Shown one piece after another: positions 24,338 through 33,631 of a DNA stretch of 64,000 nucleotides. Numbering within the stretch: the stretch's first letter is position 1; the number at the start of each line of letters is the position of its first letter. Under the pieces are notes generated by a model. The model was not told the origin of the DNA. It was given only the letters and a program-made list of their open reading frames with translations, and did not search any database. The position numbers and the translations under genes are program-made. Source of the stretch: Thermoanaerobaculia bacterium (GTDB taxonomy: Bacteria > Acidobacteriota > Thermoanaerobaculia > Multivoradales > JAHEKO01). The stretch lies in assembly GCA_041574955.1 (NCBI GenBank), contig JBFGNS010000004.1, positions 6,707 to 70,706 of the forward strand, given 5' to 3'.

Positions 24338-24907
24338 ATGGTGCGAGCGGAGCGGGCGGTGACCAGCGACGGCGTCGAGCGCGAGCTCAAGTTCCCCTGC
24401 GACGATCTCGACGCGGTGCGCTCGCGGCTCGCCGAGCTGGGGGCGGAGCGCGAGTCGACCTCGGCGCTCGAGGACAACCTGGTGTTCGACCGCGACGGCG
24501 AGCTGGCGGCGGCCGGCTGCCTGCTGCGGCTGCGCTCCGACCAGCGCGGCGCGCGGCTGACCTTCAAGGGGCCGGCGAGCTTCGAGGGCACCACCAAGCT
24601 GCGGCAGGAGATCGAGACCGAGGTCGGCGGCGTCGAGCCGATGCACGAGCTGCTGCGCGGCCTCGGATACCGGCTGGCCTACCGCTACCAGAAGATGCGC
24701 GAGGAGTGGCGCCTGGGCGGCGTCGTGGTGTCGCTCGACCACACGCCGATCGGCGACTACGTCGAGTTCGAGGGCGGCGAGGCCGAACGGGTCGCCAGCC
24801 GCTGCCGGTTCGACCCGGCGCGCGCCGAGCCGCGCACCTACTACCGTCTGTACCACGACTACCGGCGGCAGCACCCCGAGGCGCCGCGCGAGATGCTGTT
24901 CGACTGA
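24338..24907 (+). CDS. CYTH-domain protein (class IV adenylate cyclase / triphosphatase family)
   Basis: 189 aa. N-terminal ExExK signature (VERELKF), RLRSDQRGARLTFKG and the size typical of CYTH. Confidence 0.75.
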   Translation: MVRAERAVTSDGVERELKFPCDDLDAVRSRLAELGAERESTSALEDNLVFDRDGELAAAGCLLRLRSDQRGARLTFKGPASFEGTTKLRQEIETEVGGVEPMHELLRGLGYRLAYRYQKMREEWRLGGVVVSLDHTPIGDYVEFEGGEAERVASRCRFDPARAEPRTYYRLYHDYRRQHPEAPREMLFD

Positions 24908-24938
24908 CGGCGCCGCGGCCCGGCGGCGCGAGCGCCAG

Positions 24939-25958
24939 ATGCGGATCAGGTTGCGAGCGGTGGTGCTGGCGGCCGGCTTCGGCACCCGCCTGCGGCCGCT
25001 CACCGAGCGCTGCCCCAAGCCGGCGCTGCCGGTGGCCGGCCGGCCGCTGGCCGCGCTCACGCTCGAGCGGCTGGCCGCCGCCGGCTGCGAGGCGGCGGCG
25101 GTCAACCTGCACTACCTCGGCGACCGGGTGCGGCGGGCGCTGGGCGAGGCGGTCGGCGGCATGCCGCTCACCTACTCCGTGGAGCGCCCGATCCAGGGCA
25201 CGCTGGGCGCGCTCACCGCCCTGCGGAGCTTTCTCGAGCCGGCCGATCTGGTGCTGGTGGTCAACGGCGACAGCCTCTGCCGCTGGCCGCTCGCGCGTCT
25301 GCTGCGCCGTCACCGCACGAGCGGCGCCGCCGCCACCCTGCTGCTGGCGGCCCGCGCCCGCCCCGCGGAGTTCGGCGGCGGCGTGGCGGTCGACCGCCAG
25401 GGGTGGATCGTCGCGCTGCGCGGCGGGGCACCGCGAGCGGCCGGCCGGGCGGTCTTCGCCGGCGCCCAGCTGCTCGAGCCGCGCCTCCTGGCCGGGCTCG
25501 AGGTCGGTCCGGCGGGGCTGGTCGAGGGGCTGTACGAGCCGCTGCTGGCCGCCGGTGAACGGCTGGCGGCGGTGACCACCCGCCGCCGCTGGTTCGACCT
25601 CGGCACCCCCGAGCGCTACCGCCGGGCGGTGCTCGCGTGGGTGCGGGGCGCCCGCCCGTGGGGCCGCAGCTGGCTGGCTCCGGGGGCCGAAGTCGACCCC
25701 TCGGCGCGTCTGCGGCGGGTGGTGGTGGAGGCCGGCGCGGCGATCGCGGGGCGGGCCGAGGTGAGCGGGTCCGTGCTGCTGCCCGGGGCGCGGGTCGGCC
25801 GCGGCGCCCGCCTCGAGCGGTGCGTCGTGGGCTTCGACGCGGAGGTGCCGGCGGGGGCCGAGCTGGCCGGCCGGCTGGTGACCCCGGCGGCACCCGCCGG
25901 CGCAGCGCCGGCGGCGGGCTCGCGGGTCGGCAACGCGGTCTTCACGCCGCTGGCGTAA
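24939..25958 (+). CDS. Sugar-phosphate nucleotidyltransferase with C-terminal left-handed beta-helix-like region
   Basis: 339 aa. N-terminal AVVLAAGFGTRLRPLTERCPKPALPVAGRPL, the NTP-transferase G-x-G-T-R-L motif. Confidence 0.8.
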   Translation: MRIRLRAVVLAAGFGTRLRPLTERCPKPALPVAGRPLAALTLERLAAAGCEAAAVNLHYLGDRVRRALGEAVGGMPLTYSVERPIQGTLGALTALRSFLEPADLVLVVNGDSLCRWPLARLLRRHRTSGAAATLLLAARARPAEFGGGVAVDRQGWIVALRGGAPRAAGRAVFAGAQLLEPRLLAGLEVGPAGLVEGLYEPLLAAGERLAAVTTRRRWFDLGTPERYRRAVLAWVRGARPWGRSWLAPGAEVDPSARLRRVVVEAGAAIAGRAEVSGSVLLPGARVGRGARLERCVVGFDAEVPAGAELAGRLVTPAAPAGAAPAAGSRVGNAVFTPLA

Positions 25959-26031
25959 GGGCGCCGGGGGCGGGGCGGCTGCTAGACTGCGCGCGCCGGC
26001 CGCGCCCTCATGTACTCCCCCGCCGTAACAG

Positions 26032-26712
26032 ATGCCCGCTGACCGCGGCTACCAGCTGGTCGTCTTCGACTGGGACGGCACGCTGCTCGACTCGGTGGCC
26101 AGCATCGTCGCCTGCACCGAGCACACGCTGGCCGAGCTGGAGCTGCCCCCGCCGGTGCCGGGAGCCATCCGGACCGCTCTCGGGCTCGGTTTGCGCGAGA
26201 CGGTGGAGGCGTTCTGCCCGGGCTGCGACCAGCACACCTTCGACCGCATCGTCGAGGTCTACCGCCGCCACTGGCTGACCGATTTCTGCCACCGCCCGGT
26301 GCTGTTCGACGGCGTCGAGCGCGCGCTGGTGGAGCTCGCCCGGAGCGGCCGGCTGCTGGCCGTGGCCACCGCCAAGGGCCGGCGCGGCCTCGACCTCGAC
26401 CTCGAGCGCACCGGCCTGGCCGACCGCTTCGCCGCCACCCGCACGGTGGACGAGGCCCGCTCCAAGCCCCACCCCGAGATGCTCCTCGGGCTGCTCGACG
26501 AGCTCGGCGTGGGCGCGAACGAGACGGTGATGGTGGGAGACACCACACACGATCTGATGATGGCGCACAACGCGGGCGTGGCGGCGGTGGCGGTCACCAC
26601 CGGCTCGCACGGCCGCGCGGCGCTCGACGCGGCGCGGCCGCTGGCCTGCCTGGAGGCGGTGACCGAGCTGCCCGGCTGGCTGGCCGGGCGGCCCGCGCCG
26701 GTCGGCGCCTGA
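26032..26712 (+). CDS. HAD-superfamily hydrolase (phosphoglycolate phosphatase-like)
   Basis: 226 aa. Motif I VVFDWDGTLLDS, motif II-like VATAK and motif IV VMVGDTTHDLMMAHNAG. Confidence 0.8.
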   Translation: MPADRGYQLVVFDWDGTLLDSVASIVACTEHTLAELELPPPVPGAIRTALGLGLRETVEAFCPGCDQHTFDRIVEVYRRHWLTDFCHRPVLFDGVERALVELARSGRLLAVATAKGRRGLDLDLERTGLADRFAATRTVDEARSKPHPEMLLGLLDELGVGANETVMVGDTTHDLMMAHNAGVAAVAVTTGSHGRAALDAARPLACLEAVTELPGWLAGRPAPVGA

Positions 26713-26719
26713 GCCGGCC

Positions 26720-27154
26720 GTGCCCGCCGCCGAGCACTTCCGCCGGCTCGAGCGGATGTACCGCTCGGCGCCGGTCAACGCCTACTACCGGCCGCGGCTG
26801 ACCGTCGGCGAGGCCGAGGCCGAGCTGCGCATAGCGGTCCGCCCGGAGTTCTTCCACGCCGCCGGCGCGGTGCACGGCGCGGTTTGCTTCAAGGCGCTCG
26901 ACGACGCCGCCTACTTCGCGGTCAGCTCGCTGGTCGAGGACGTCTTCATCCTCACCGTCGGCTTCCAGCTCCACTTCGTGCGTGCGGTGTCGGCCGGCGA
27001 GCTGGTGGCGCGCGGCCGCGTGGTCCACCGCTCCCGCCGGCTGTACCTGGCCGAGGCGGTGCTGACCGACGGCGACGGCCGTCAGCTGGCGCGCGGCGGC
27101 GGCAGCTTCATGCCCGGCACCACCCCGCTGGGGCCGGAGCTGGGCTACGCCTGA
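26720..27154 (+). CDS. PaaI/hotdog-fold thioesterase
   Basis: 144 aa. The pattern HAAGAVHGAVCFKALDDAAYFA followed by GRVVHRSRRLYLAEAVLTDGDGRQLA is typical of PaaI-type thioesterases. Confidence 0.65.
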   Translation: MPAAEHFRRLERMYRSAPVNAYYRPRLTVGEAEAELRIAVRPEFFHAAGAVHGAVCFKALDDAAYFAVSSLVEDVFILTVGFQLHFVRAVSAGELVARGRVVHRSRRLYLAEAVLTDGDGRQLARGGGSFMPGTTPLGPELGYA

Positions 27155-28290
27155 GGCGCCAGCTCGAAGACCAGCAGCTCGCCGGCGCGGCGCAGGGTCT
27201 CGGCCACCGCGTCGCGCTCGTCGCCGGCCACCACCAGATGGCCGACCTCCTGCCCGGTGCCGAGCCGCGGCTCGAGCCGGTCGCCGGGCCGGCGGGCCAG
27301 CACCAGCTCGACGGCGCCCGGCAGCGCTGCCACCGCCTCGGCTCCAGCGATGCCGGCCAGGGTGCCGGCACCCGGGTGGAACAGCCGCGTGCCGGCCCAG
27401 CGCGCGGCAGCGCCGGGCAGCCGCGGCTGGCGGCCGAGCTCGAGCTCGAGCCACGCGCGCCACGGGTCGAAGCCCCAGGCCAGCTCGATCAGCCGCAGCA
27501 GATGTCCGCCGGGCGGCCGCAGCGCCAGCTCGCCGAACACGGGGCCGGCGGCGGTCAGGAACAGCTCGAGGTGCACCAGGCCGCGGTCGACCGCGAGCGC
27601 CGCCAGCACGCGGTCGAGCAGCGCCGCGACCGCCGCCGCCGTGGCCGGCTGCAGCCGGTAGGGCACCAAGTTGACCCAACCGGGTTCGACGTACTCGGTG
27701 AAGTTGGTGAACAGCCGCCGGCCACCGGCGACCAGCGCCTCGACGCTCATCTCCTCGCCGTCGATGGCGCCCTCGGCGAGCATGCCCGGCGGCACGCCGT
27801 CGGGCACCGCCGCGGCGCGGTCGAGACGGCTGCTGCCGCGGCCGCCCGAGCCGCGGCGCTGCTTGAGGTAGATCGGCAGCCCCAGCCGGGCGACCAGGCC
27901 GGCGCGATCGAGACCGTCTTCGGCAGTGGCGAAGCGGGCGCACGGCAGGCCGGCCGCCGCCACCGCCCGCTTCATCAGCTGCTTGTCGGTGGCCCGCTCC
28001 GCCACCGCGGCCGGCGTGCCGGCCACCCCGAGAGCCTCCCGCAGCTCGGCGGCGGGCACCACCGCCGCCTCGGTCAGCGCCACCACCGCCGCCACCGGCG
28101 GACCGCCGGCGAGGGCGCGGCGGGCGGCCGCGACCCCCTCCCAGGGGAGGTGGCGCTCGGCGGGCACGCCGGCCGGGCGCCGGTCCGACCACACCACGGC
28201 GTCGAGCCCGAGCCGCTCGGCGGCGACCCTCGCCGCCCGCCGCCGGCCGACGAGCACCACCCGAGCGCCCCGTGGCGCGCCGCCCACCAC
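27145..28290 (-). CDS. ATP-grasp domain ligase, last gene of the arsM-arsS operon
   Basis: 381 aa. ATDKQLMKRAVAAAGLP, GLPIYLKQRRGSGGRGS and EEMSVEALV...HLELFL form an ATP-grasp pattern. The start lies 13 nt after the upstream stop. Confidence 0.7.
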   Translation of the reverse strand: MVGGAPRGARVVLVGRRRAARVAAERLGLDAVVWSDRRPAGVPAERHLPWEGVAAARRALAGGPPVAAVVALTEAAVVPAAELREALGVAGTPAAVAERATDKQLMKRAVAAAGLPCARFATAEDGLDRAGLVARLGLPIYLKQRRGSGGRGSSRLDRAAAVPDGVPPGMLAEGAIDGEEMSVEALVAGGRRLFTNFTEYVEPGWVNLVPYRLQPATAAAVAALLDRVLAALAVDRGLVHLELFLTAAGPVFGELALRPPGGHLLRLIELAWGFDPWRAWLELELGRQPRLPGAAARWAGTRLFHPGAGTLAGIAGAEAVAALPGAVELVLARRPGDRLEPRLGTGQEVGHLVVAGDERDAVAETLRRAGELLVFELAPQA

Positions 28291-28302
28291 CGCCCCGCCG
28301 CC

Positions 28303-29511
28303 CTAGCCGCCGGCGCCGCCGAGCAGCCCGAAGACCTCTTCGACCTGCTGCCAGCCGACGCGCATCAGGAAGGTGGTGTTGCGGCCGTACGACTTGGAGC
28401 CGAGCAGGAAGAAGCCGGGCTCGGGGTTGACCAGGGTGTCGGCGCCGTGGCTCTCCTGCTCCAGGCAGTCGGCGCTGTCCGCCCCCAGCAGCGCCGCCGC
28501 CAGCTTCATCGGGCCGGAGGTGGCGTAGCACTCGTGCACCTGGAGCTGCCGGTAGAGGCGGTGGTCGCCGACGTAGCCGGTGAGCGACAGCAGCCAGTCG
28601 ACCGCCAACGTCCGCTGCGAGCCGGCGGAGTGCCGCAGGGTGGCCTCGATCCGCCCGTCGCGGCGGGCGAGCGACTCCACCACCACGCCGGTCACGGTCT
28701 CGACCGTCGGCGAGCCTCCCCGGGCCAGCCGGTTGGCCCGCACCAGCAGCTGGGCGCGCTCGGGCAGCGGATCGTCCGGCTGGGGGTCGAAGGCCGGGGC
28801 GTCACGCCGCAGCGCCCAGTAGACGCGGCCGCCGGGCCGTCGCTCGGCGAGCGCGGCCAGCCCGGTCACCGCGGTCTGGGCCGAGTGCCCGGCGCCGACC
28901 ACCAGCACCGTCTTGCCGGCCCACAGCTCGGCCTCGGCCTCGAAGTCGGGGATGTGGCGCCGGATCGCGTCCTCCAGCTCGCGCTCGCCGGGCGCCGCGA
29001 TGCCGCCGTCGCCGGTGGCGTTGGGGTTGGAGTAGCTGCCGGTGCAGTCGAGCACCACGTCGGCGCTGGCTACACGCTCGCCGGCGGGACCGGCGAGCAG
29101 CAGCCGGAAACGGCGCTCGGCGCGGCGGCCGGTGCCGATCTCGTCGCTCTTGAGAAGCCCCTGGCGCCCCACCTCGAGCACCCGCGTGGCGGTCTCGACG
29201 TGTGGCCGCAGCTCCGGCAGGGCGGCCAACGGCGCCAGCAGCCGGGTCACCAGCTCGTCGCCGGTCGGGCAGTCGTCGCCCTCCGGCACCGCCTGTCCGG
29301 CGGCCTCGAGGTGGCGGCGCATGCGCGGCGAGACGTTGAGCGACCAGGGGGAGAACAGCCGCACGTGGCCCCAGCGGCGGACGTCGCCGGCGATTTGCTC
29401 GCCGGCCTCGTAGAGGGTGAACGGGTAGCCGTGGTCGACGGCCGCCAGGGCGGCCTCGAGGCCGGTCGGGCCGGCGCCGAGAATGGCGATGTGGGGGCGG
29501 GCTGCGGGCAT
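28303..29511 (-). CDS. FAD/NAD(P)-binding oxidoreductase (pyridine nucleotide-disulfide oxidoreductase-like); start re-set to ATG 29511
   Basis: MPAARPHIAILGAGPTGLEAALAA (first dinucleotide fold) and KTVLVVGAGHSAQTAV (second). 402 aa. The 1037-aa track ORF is an upstream read-through. Confidence 0.7.
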   Translation of the reverse strand: MPAARPHIAILGAGPTGLEAALAAVDHGYPFTLYEAGEQIAGDVRRWGHVRLFSPWSLNVSPRMRRHLEAAGQAVPEGDDCPTGDELVTRLLAPLAALPELRPHVETATRVLEVGRQGLLKSDEIGTGRRAERRFRLLLAGPAGERVASADVVLDCTGSYSNPNATGDGGIAAPGERELEDAIRRHIPDFEAEAELWAGKTVLVVGAGHSAQTAVTGLAALAERRPGGRVYWALRRDAPAFDPQPDDPLPERAQLLVRANRLARGGSPTVETVTGVVVESLARRDGRIEATLRHSAGSQRTLAVDWLLSLTGYVGDHRLYRQLQVHECYATSGPMKLAAALLGADSADCLEQESHGADTLVNPEPGFFLLGSKSYGRNTTFLMRVGWQQVEEVFGLLGGAGG

Positions 29512-29567
29512 TGTGGGATCTCTCCTGGAGCGGGCGCGGTGGGAGGGTGGCCGTGCGGGGTGGGGTG

Positions 29568-30575
29568 TCAGAAACGCGACGCGGCGCGCTCCTTGGCGGG
29601 CAGGATCTCGAGGCAGGTCGTCCACCAGCCGGTCTCCACCGTCTCGACGAACTCCTCGGGCAGCCGCTCGAGCCGCATCTCCGCGGCCAGCGAGCGGTGG
29701 TCGTAGGCCAGCCGGCGCAGCTCGACGCGCAGCTCGCCGTCGCGCTCCTCGACCAGCGCGTAGCGCACCCGCGGGTCGCCGTCGTTCGCCGGCCGGCCGA
29801 TCACCCCGACGTTCACCGCGTCGCGTCCCGAGGGCAGCCGGCGGTGCCAGGGCAGCCCGGTGTGGGTGCACAGCAGGCCATCGCACCGCTCCTGGCGGCA
29901 CAGCACCTCGAGAAACGGCGCCGGCGAGGTGGAGGCGAAGAGGAACTCGTTGATGCGCCGCGGCGAGCCGTGGACCAGCAGCAGCTCTCGGCCGCCGACC
30001 CGCACGCGCCGGCGGCGCGGCCAGCGGCCCATCCAGCGGCGGAACTCCGGCGAGCAGCGCTCGGTGGTGTAGCGGTAGGAGATCTCGGCGAACCGGTTGT
30101 CGCGCGGGTCGGTGTAGCCGCAGTTGCAGTCCTCGCGGCCGGCGGCGAGCGACTCCTCGTAGTTGCCCATGACGCCGGCCACGCCGCCCTGCTCGAGCAG
30201 CGGCCAGGTCTTCTCGGGCGACGGGCCGAAGCCGCCCAGATCGCCCAGGCAGTAGACCGCGTCGACCCCGAGCGTGGCGGTCTCGTCGAGCAGCGCGGTG
30301 AGCGCGTAGTGGTTGTTGTAGACGCCGCCGAACACCGCGATGCGGGCGAACGGCCCCTCCACCGCGACGCCGTCGTCGACCGGCGCCAGGTAGCCGTCGG
30401 TCGCCGCCTGCCGCCCGGCGGCGTTCAGCCGGCGTCCGGCGTCGCGCGCGGCGCGGCGAAACTCGCCCAGCGGCACCAGGCGCTCGCCCCAGGTGGCCAT
30501 GCCGCGGTGGGCGGTGAGCTTGGCGGCGGCCTGGCGGCGCTGCTCGTCGGTGTCGGTGGGCGGTCGGTGCGACAT
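29568..30575 (-). CDS. Metallophosphoesterase-family protein
   Basis: 335 aa. IAVFGGVYNNHYAL, YCLGDLGGFG, MGNYE and LLLVHGSP are calcineurin-like phosphoesterase motifs. From memory, an uncharacterised metallophosphoesterase family is a recurrent neighbour of arsS/arsM. Confidence 0.75.
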   Translation of the reverse strand: MSHRPPTDTDEQRRQAAAKLTAHRGMATWGERLVPLGEFRRAARDAGRRLNAAGRQAATDGYLAPVDDGVAVEGPFARIAVFGGVYNNHYALTALLDETATLGVDAVYCLGDLGGFGPSPEKTWPLLEQGGVAGVMGNYEESLAAGREDCNCGYTDPRDNRFAEISYRYTTERCSPEFRRWMGRWPRRRRVRVGGRELLLVHGSPRRINEFLFASTSPAPFLEVLCRQERCDGLLCTHTGLPWHRRLPSGRDAVNVGVIGRPANDGDPRVRYALVEERDGELRVELRRLAYDHRSLAAEMRLERLPEEFVETVETGWWTTCLEILPAKERAASRF

Positions 30576-30596
30576 GGCGCTTACGGGTGGCGGGCG

Positions 30597-31484
30597 TCAG
30601 GTCCGGCAGCTCACGCCGTAGGCGTGGCAGGTCCAGCACGCCGGGTGATCGAGCGCGAACGGCTCCAGGGTGTCGGCCAGCGCGCTGCCCATCTTGGCGC
30701 TCGGCTCGTTGACCAGGATCGGGCAGACCCAGACCCCCTGGTCGGTGACCATGCGGCAGGAGGAGCACTGCAGGTGGTTCCAGCCGTCCTCGGGCGCGTC
30801 GCCGTCGCGCAGCCGCTGCCAGCTCTCGTAGGCGCCGCCGCGCTCGGCCTCGGCGCCGATGCGGAACACCGGCAGGATCTTGAGCCGCGGCTTGGCGATG
30901 CCGAGCCGGGTGAGCAGCGCGAAGAACCGCCGCTTGCCGTCGGCGCTGGCGTTGTCGTCGTGCACCTCGGTGACGGTGATCACCGGGTTGAGCCCCGCCG
31001 CCACCAGGTTGCGGATGCCGCCCAGGATGCGCTCGAAGGTCCCTTCGCCGCGGATCGGGTCGTTCGAGGCGGCGTCGTAGCCATCGAGCGACACGCGGAG
31101 GTCGAGCGAGTAGTCGCCGGCCGCGTCGAGCGCCGCCAGCCGCCGGCAGCGCGCCGGGTCGAGCAGCAGCCCGTTGGTCAGCACGCTGGCCGGCCCGTAG
31201 GCCAGCGTGGCCTCGAGGATCGCCTCCATCTCGGGGTTCAGGAACGGCTCGCCGCCGGTGAAGTAGTACTCCTTGACGCCCAGCCCGGCGGCCTCCTCGA
31301 GGTGGCGCGCGACGCTCTCGAGGTCCATGAACTCGTGGGTGTGGTTGGTCGGCGAGCAGGAGACGAAGCAGTGGGTGCAGGCCAGGTTGCACACCGTGCC
31401 GCCGACCTGGAACCACAGCGTGTCGAGCGAGCGCAGCTCGACCCGCGGCACGCGGTCCACAGAGCGCTCGTGGAGCCGGCTCAC
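30597..31484 (-). CDS. arsS: Radical SAM protein with Cys-rich C-terminal domain, ArsS-like (arsenosugar-type organoarsenical biosynthesis); start placed at GTG 31484
   Basis: LWFQVGGTVCNLACTHCF (CxxxCxxC cluster), GGEPFLNPE and a C-terminal Cys-rich tail (LQCSSCRMVTDQGVWVCP...HPACWTCHAYGVSC). It starts 10 nt after the arsM stop. Confidence 0.8.
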   Translation of the reverse strand: MSRLHERSVDRVPRVELRSLDTLWFQVGGTVCNLACTHCFVSCSPTNHTHEFMDLESVARHLEEAAGLGVKEYYFTGGEPFLNPEMEAILEATLAYGPASVLTNGLLLDPARCRRLAALDAAGDYSLDLRVSLDGYDAASNDPIRGEGTFERILGGIRNLVAAGLNPVITVTEVHDDNASADGKRRFFALLTRLGIAKPRLKILPVFRIGAEAERGGAYESWQRLRDGDAPEDGWNHLQCSSCRMVTDQGVWVCPILVNEPSAKMGSALADTLEPFALDHPACWTCHAYGVSCRT

Positions 31485-31494
31485 GGCACCGCTC

Positions 31495-32649
31495 TCAGCA
31501 GCAGGCGTCTGGGCCGCAACACGGAACCTCTTCGGTGGTGACGTCGTACTCCTCGCCCTTGGTCTCGCGCGGGTGGCGCAGCGGCGTGCGCGAGCAGTCG
31601 AACGGCGGTGCCTCGTCGAGCGGTACCTCGACCAGCGGGTCGACGAAGTCGAACTGGCCGGCGTACGGCTCCTGGCGGTAGAGCTGGTAGGTCTTGTCGC
31701 ATACCGCGTAGCGGCGGCCACGCTCCATGCGGTGGCCGTCGTCGTCCAGCACCTCCTTGAACGGCCCGCGGTAGACGACGGCCTGCTTGCGCTCGAGGCA
31801 CGGCCCCTCCTTGCCGGTGAACGCCTCGACGGTGAGCGAGCGGAACTCGATGCCCTCCACCGTGCGCCACGGCCCGACCTGGCGCTCGAGCACCCGGATG
31901 CCGTGGAAGCCGGCCCGCTCGAAAGCCTCCAGAAAGCCGTGCTCGGTGAACGCGCCCGAGATGCAGCCGCTCCACAGCTCGCGGTCCCGCTGCATGGCGA
32001 GCGGCACCGGCTCGTCGCTGACGATGTCGGAGATCACCGCCCGCCCGCCGCGTCGCAGCACGCGGTGGATCTCGTCGAACAGCTGCCGCTTCTGGCTGTT
32101 GTCGACCAGGTTGAGAACGCAGTTGGAGACCACCACGTCGACCGCCCCGTCGGCCACCAGCGGCCGGTCGCGGCGCAGCTCGTCGCTCAGCTCGTGCACC
32201 GCCATCAGCTCCTCGACGTTGCGCACCGGGCGCTCGGCCAGGCGCTGCTCGAGCAGGTCGAGGTCGAGCGTCAGGTCCTGGATGCGGCCGCGACGGAACT
32301 CGACGTTGGCGTAGCCCAGCCGCCCGGCCACCCGCGGCGCGTTGCGGCGCGCCACCTCCAGCATCTCGGGCGTCATGTCGACGCCGATCACCCGCCCCGT
32401 CTCGCCGACCACCTGGGCGGCGATGAAGCAGATCTTGCCGGTGCCGCTGCCCAGGTCGAGAACCGTCTCGCCGGGCCGCAGGTGGCGGCTGGGATCGCCG
32501 CAGCCGTAGTCGCGCTCCAGCACCTCATCGGGGATCACCGCCAGGTAGCGCGGATCGTAGTCGGTCGGGCAACACAGGTCGGCGGCGCGCGCCTGCGCGC
32601 CTTCGGTGTAGCGGCTCTTGACGGCTTTCTCGACATCGGCAACGGACAT
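31495..32649 (-). CDS. arsM: Arsenite S-adenosylmethionine methyltransferase ArsM
   Basis: 384 aa. SAM motif VLDLGSGTG plus the ArsM cysteines in the expected contexts ([37 protein letters not shown]). Cys-rich C-terminus [14 protein letters not shown] lies 7 nt upstream of the ATG. Confidence 0.85.
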   Translation of the reverse strand: MSVADVEKAVKSRYTEGAQARAADLCCPTDYDPRYLAVIPDEVLERDYGCGDPSRHLRPGETVLDLGSGTGKICFIAAQVVGETGRVIGVDMTPEMLEVARRNAPRVAGRLGYANVEFRRGRIQDLTLDLDLLEQRLAERPVRNVEELMAVHELSDELRRDRPLVADGAVDVVVSNCVLNLVDNSQKRQLFDEIHRVLRRGGRAVISDIVSDEPVPLAMQRDRELWSGCISGAFTEHGFLEAFERAGFHGIRVLERQVGPWRTVEGIEFRSLTVEAFTGKEGPCLERKQAVVYRGPFKEVLDDDGHRMERGRRYAVCDKTYQLYRQEPYAGQFDFVDPLVEVPLDEAPPFDCSRTPLRHPRETKGEEYDVTTEEVPCCGPDACC

Positions 32650-32746
32650 GGGGAGGCTCCTCGTCGTCTCTGCTGGGTGCCCGGACGCGGGTGACGGCTG
32701 GCGTCACCCGGGCCCGGCGGCGGCGCGGTGGTGGCGGCGGCGAGGC

Positions 32747-33496
32747 TCAGCCGGGCGGCGAGCGGCCGCGGGCGGCTCGCGCCGCGGCCGGCCGCAGGCG
32801 GCCGACGACCGGCGGCAGGGGCGGCCGGCACAGCCGCCGCAGCAGCCGGCGCAGGGCGTCCAGCCACGACAGCGGCAGCCGCCGCAGGCCGGCCAGCCAG
32901 CGGCCGAGGTCGGCCGCCCGGTCGAGATCGGCCAGCGGCTCGAGCAGCGTCACTTCGACGCCACCGGAGTGCGCCGCCGCCAGCAGGCTGGCGAGGGTGT
33001 CGGAGCGCCGCCAGGCCACCGCGGCCAGCAGATCGTCTACCGGCCGGTCGGCGGCCAGCAGGTAGAAGCCGCCGTCGGGCGAAGGGCCGACCACCAGCCG
33101 CCCCGGCGTGCGCGACAGCTCGGCCAGCGCGGCGGCCACCTGCCGGCGGCCCAGGCCCGGCGCGTCGGAGCCGACCACCACCAGCGGGCTCGTCGCCGAG
33201 GGTCGCTCGCCGGCCATCGCCCGTCGCAGCCGCTCGCCGAAGCCGCCGCCGGCCTGCGGCCGGTGCTCGACGTCCCCGGCCGGCGCCAGCCGGCGCGGCG
33301 AGCAGACCCGCAGCCGGCAGCCGTTGGCCCGGCCGGCGGCGAGCGCGGCCGCCAGGCAGTCGCGGTGGAGCGCCAGCTCCCACGCGGCCAGCCGGCTGGG
33401 CAGCAGGCGGCGCCGCGCGCGCTCGCGCCGCGGGCCGAGCGTGAACACGAGGAGTGTCGGGCGGCTGGCGGACGCCGAGCTGGTGGGGTCGGGCAT
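32747..33496 (-). CDS. DUF2064-family protein (glycosyltransferase-like fold, TIGR04282 type); start re-set to ATG 33496
   Basis: 249 aa. TLLVFTLGP..., VVVGSDAPGLGRRQVAAALAEL and LVVGPSPDGGFYLLAA match the DUF2064 pattern as I remember it. Confidence 0.7.
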   Translation of the reverse strand: MPDPTSSASASRPTLLVFTLGPRRERARRRLLPSRLAAWELALHRDCLAAALAAGRANGCRLRVCSPRRLAPAGDVEHRPQAGGGFGERLRRAMAGERPSATSPLVVVGSDAPGLGRRQVAAALAELSRTPGRLVVGPSPDGGFYLLAADRPVDDLLAAVAWRRSDTLASLLAAAHSGGVEVTLLEPLADLDRAADLGRWLAGLRRLPLSWLDALRRLLRRLCRPPLPPVVGRLRPAAARAARGRSPPG

Positions 33497-33631
33497 GCTC
33501 TCGTTGGCGGTATACGCCGCCCGGTGCAGAATCGGTTTCCCGAGCCGGGAGGCGGCCAGTCTACATGCCGGGCCGACGTATACTCGCGGGACCTTGCATC
33601 TCGCGCCACAGCCAGCGTCGGCGGGGCGCCG

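Noticed and set aside
26594-29706. 645-aa minus ORF (26594-28531) and 940-aa plus ORF (26884-29706)
   Set aside because: Both overlap the thioesterase, ATP-grasp and flavoprotein genes in alternative frames or strands. The sequences are poly-Arg/Gly/Ala/Pro with no motifs.
29512-31416. Upstream part of the 1037-aa ORF 28303-31416
   Set aside because: It reads through the metallophosphoesterase and arsS genes in a wrong frame and is Arg/Pro/Gly-rich. The flavoprotein starts at MPAARPHIAILGAGPTG (29511).
32618-33631. Upstream 338 aa of the type III PKS ORF, plus the 617-aa minus ORF 32747-34600
   Set aside because: The + extension is antisense to DUF2064 and arsM and is low complexity. The minus ORF is real only for its last 249 aa (DUF2064). 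The remainder is antisense to the PKS.
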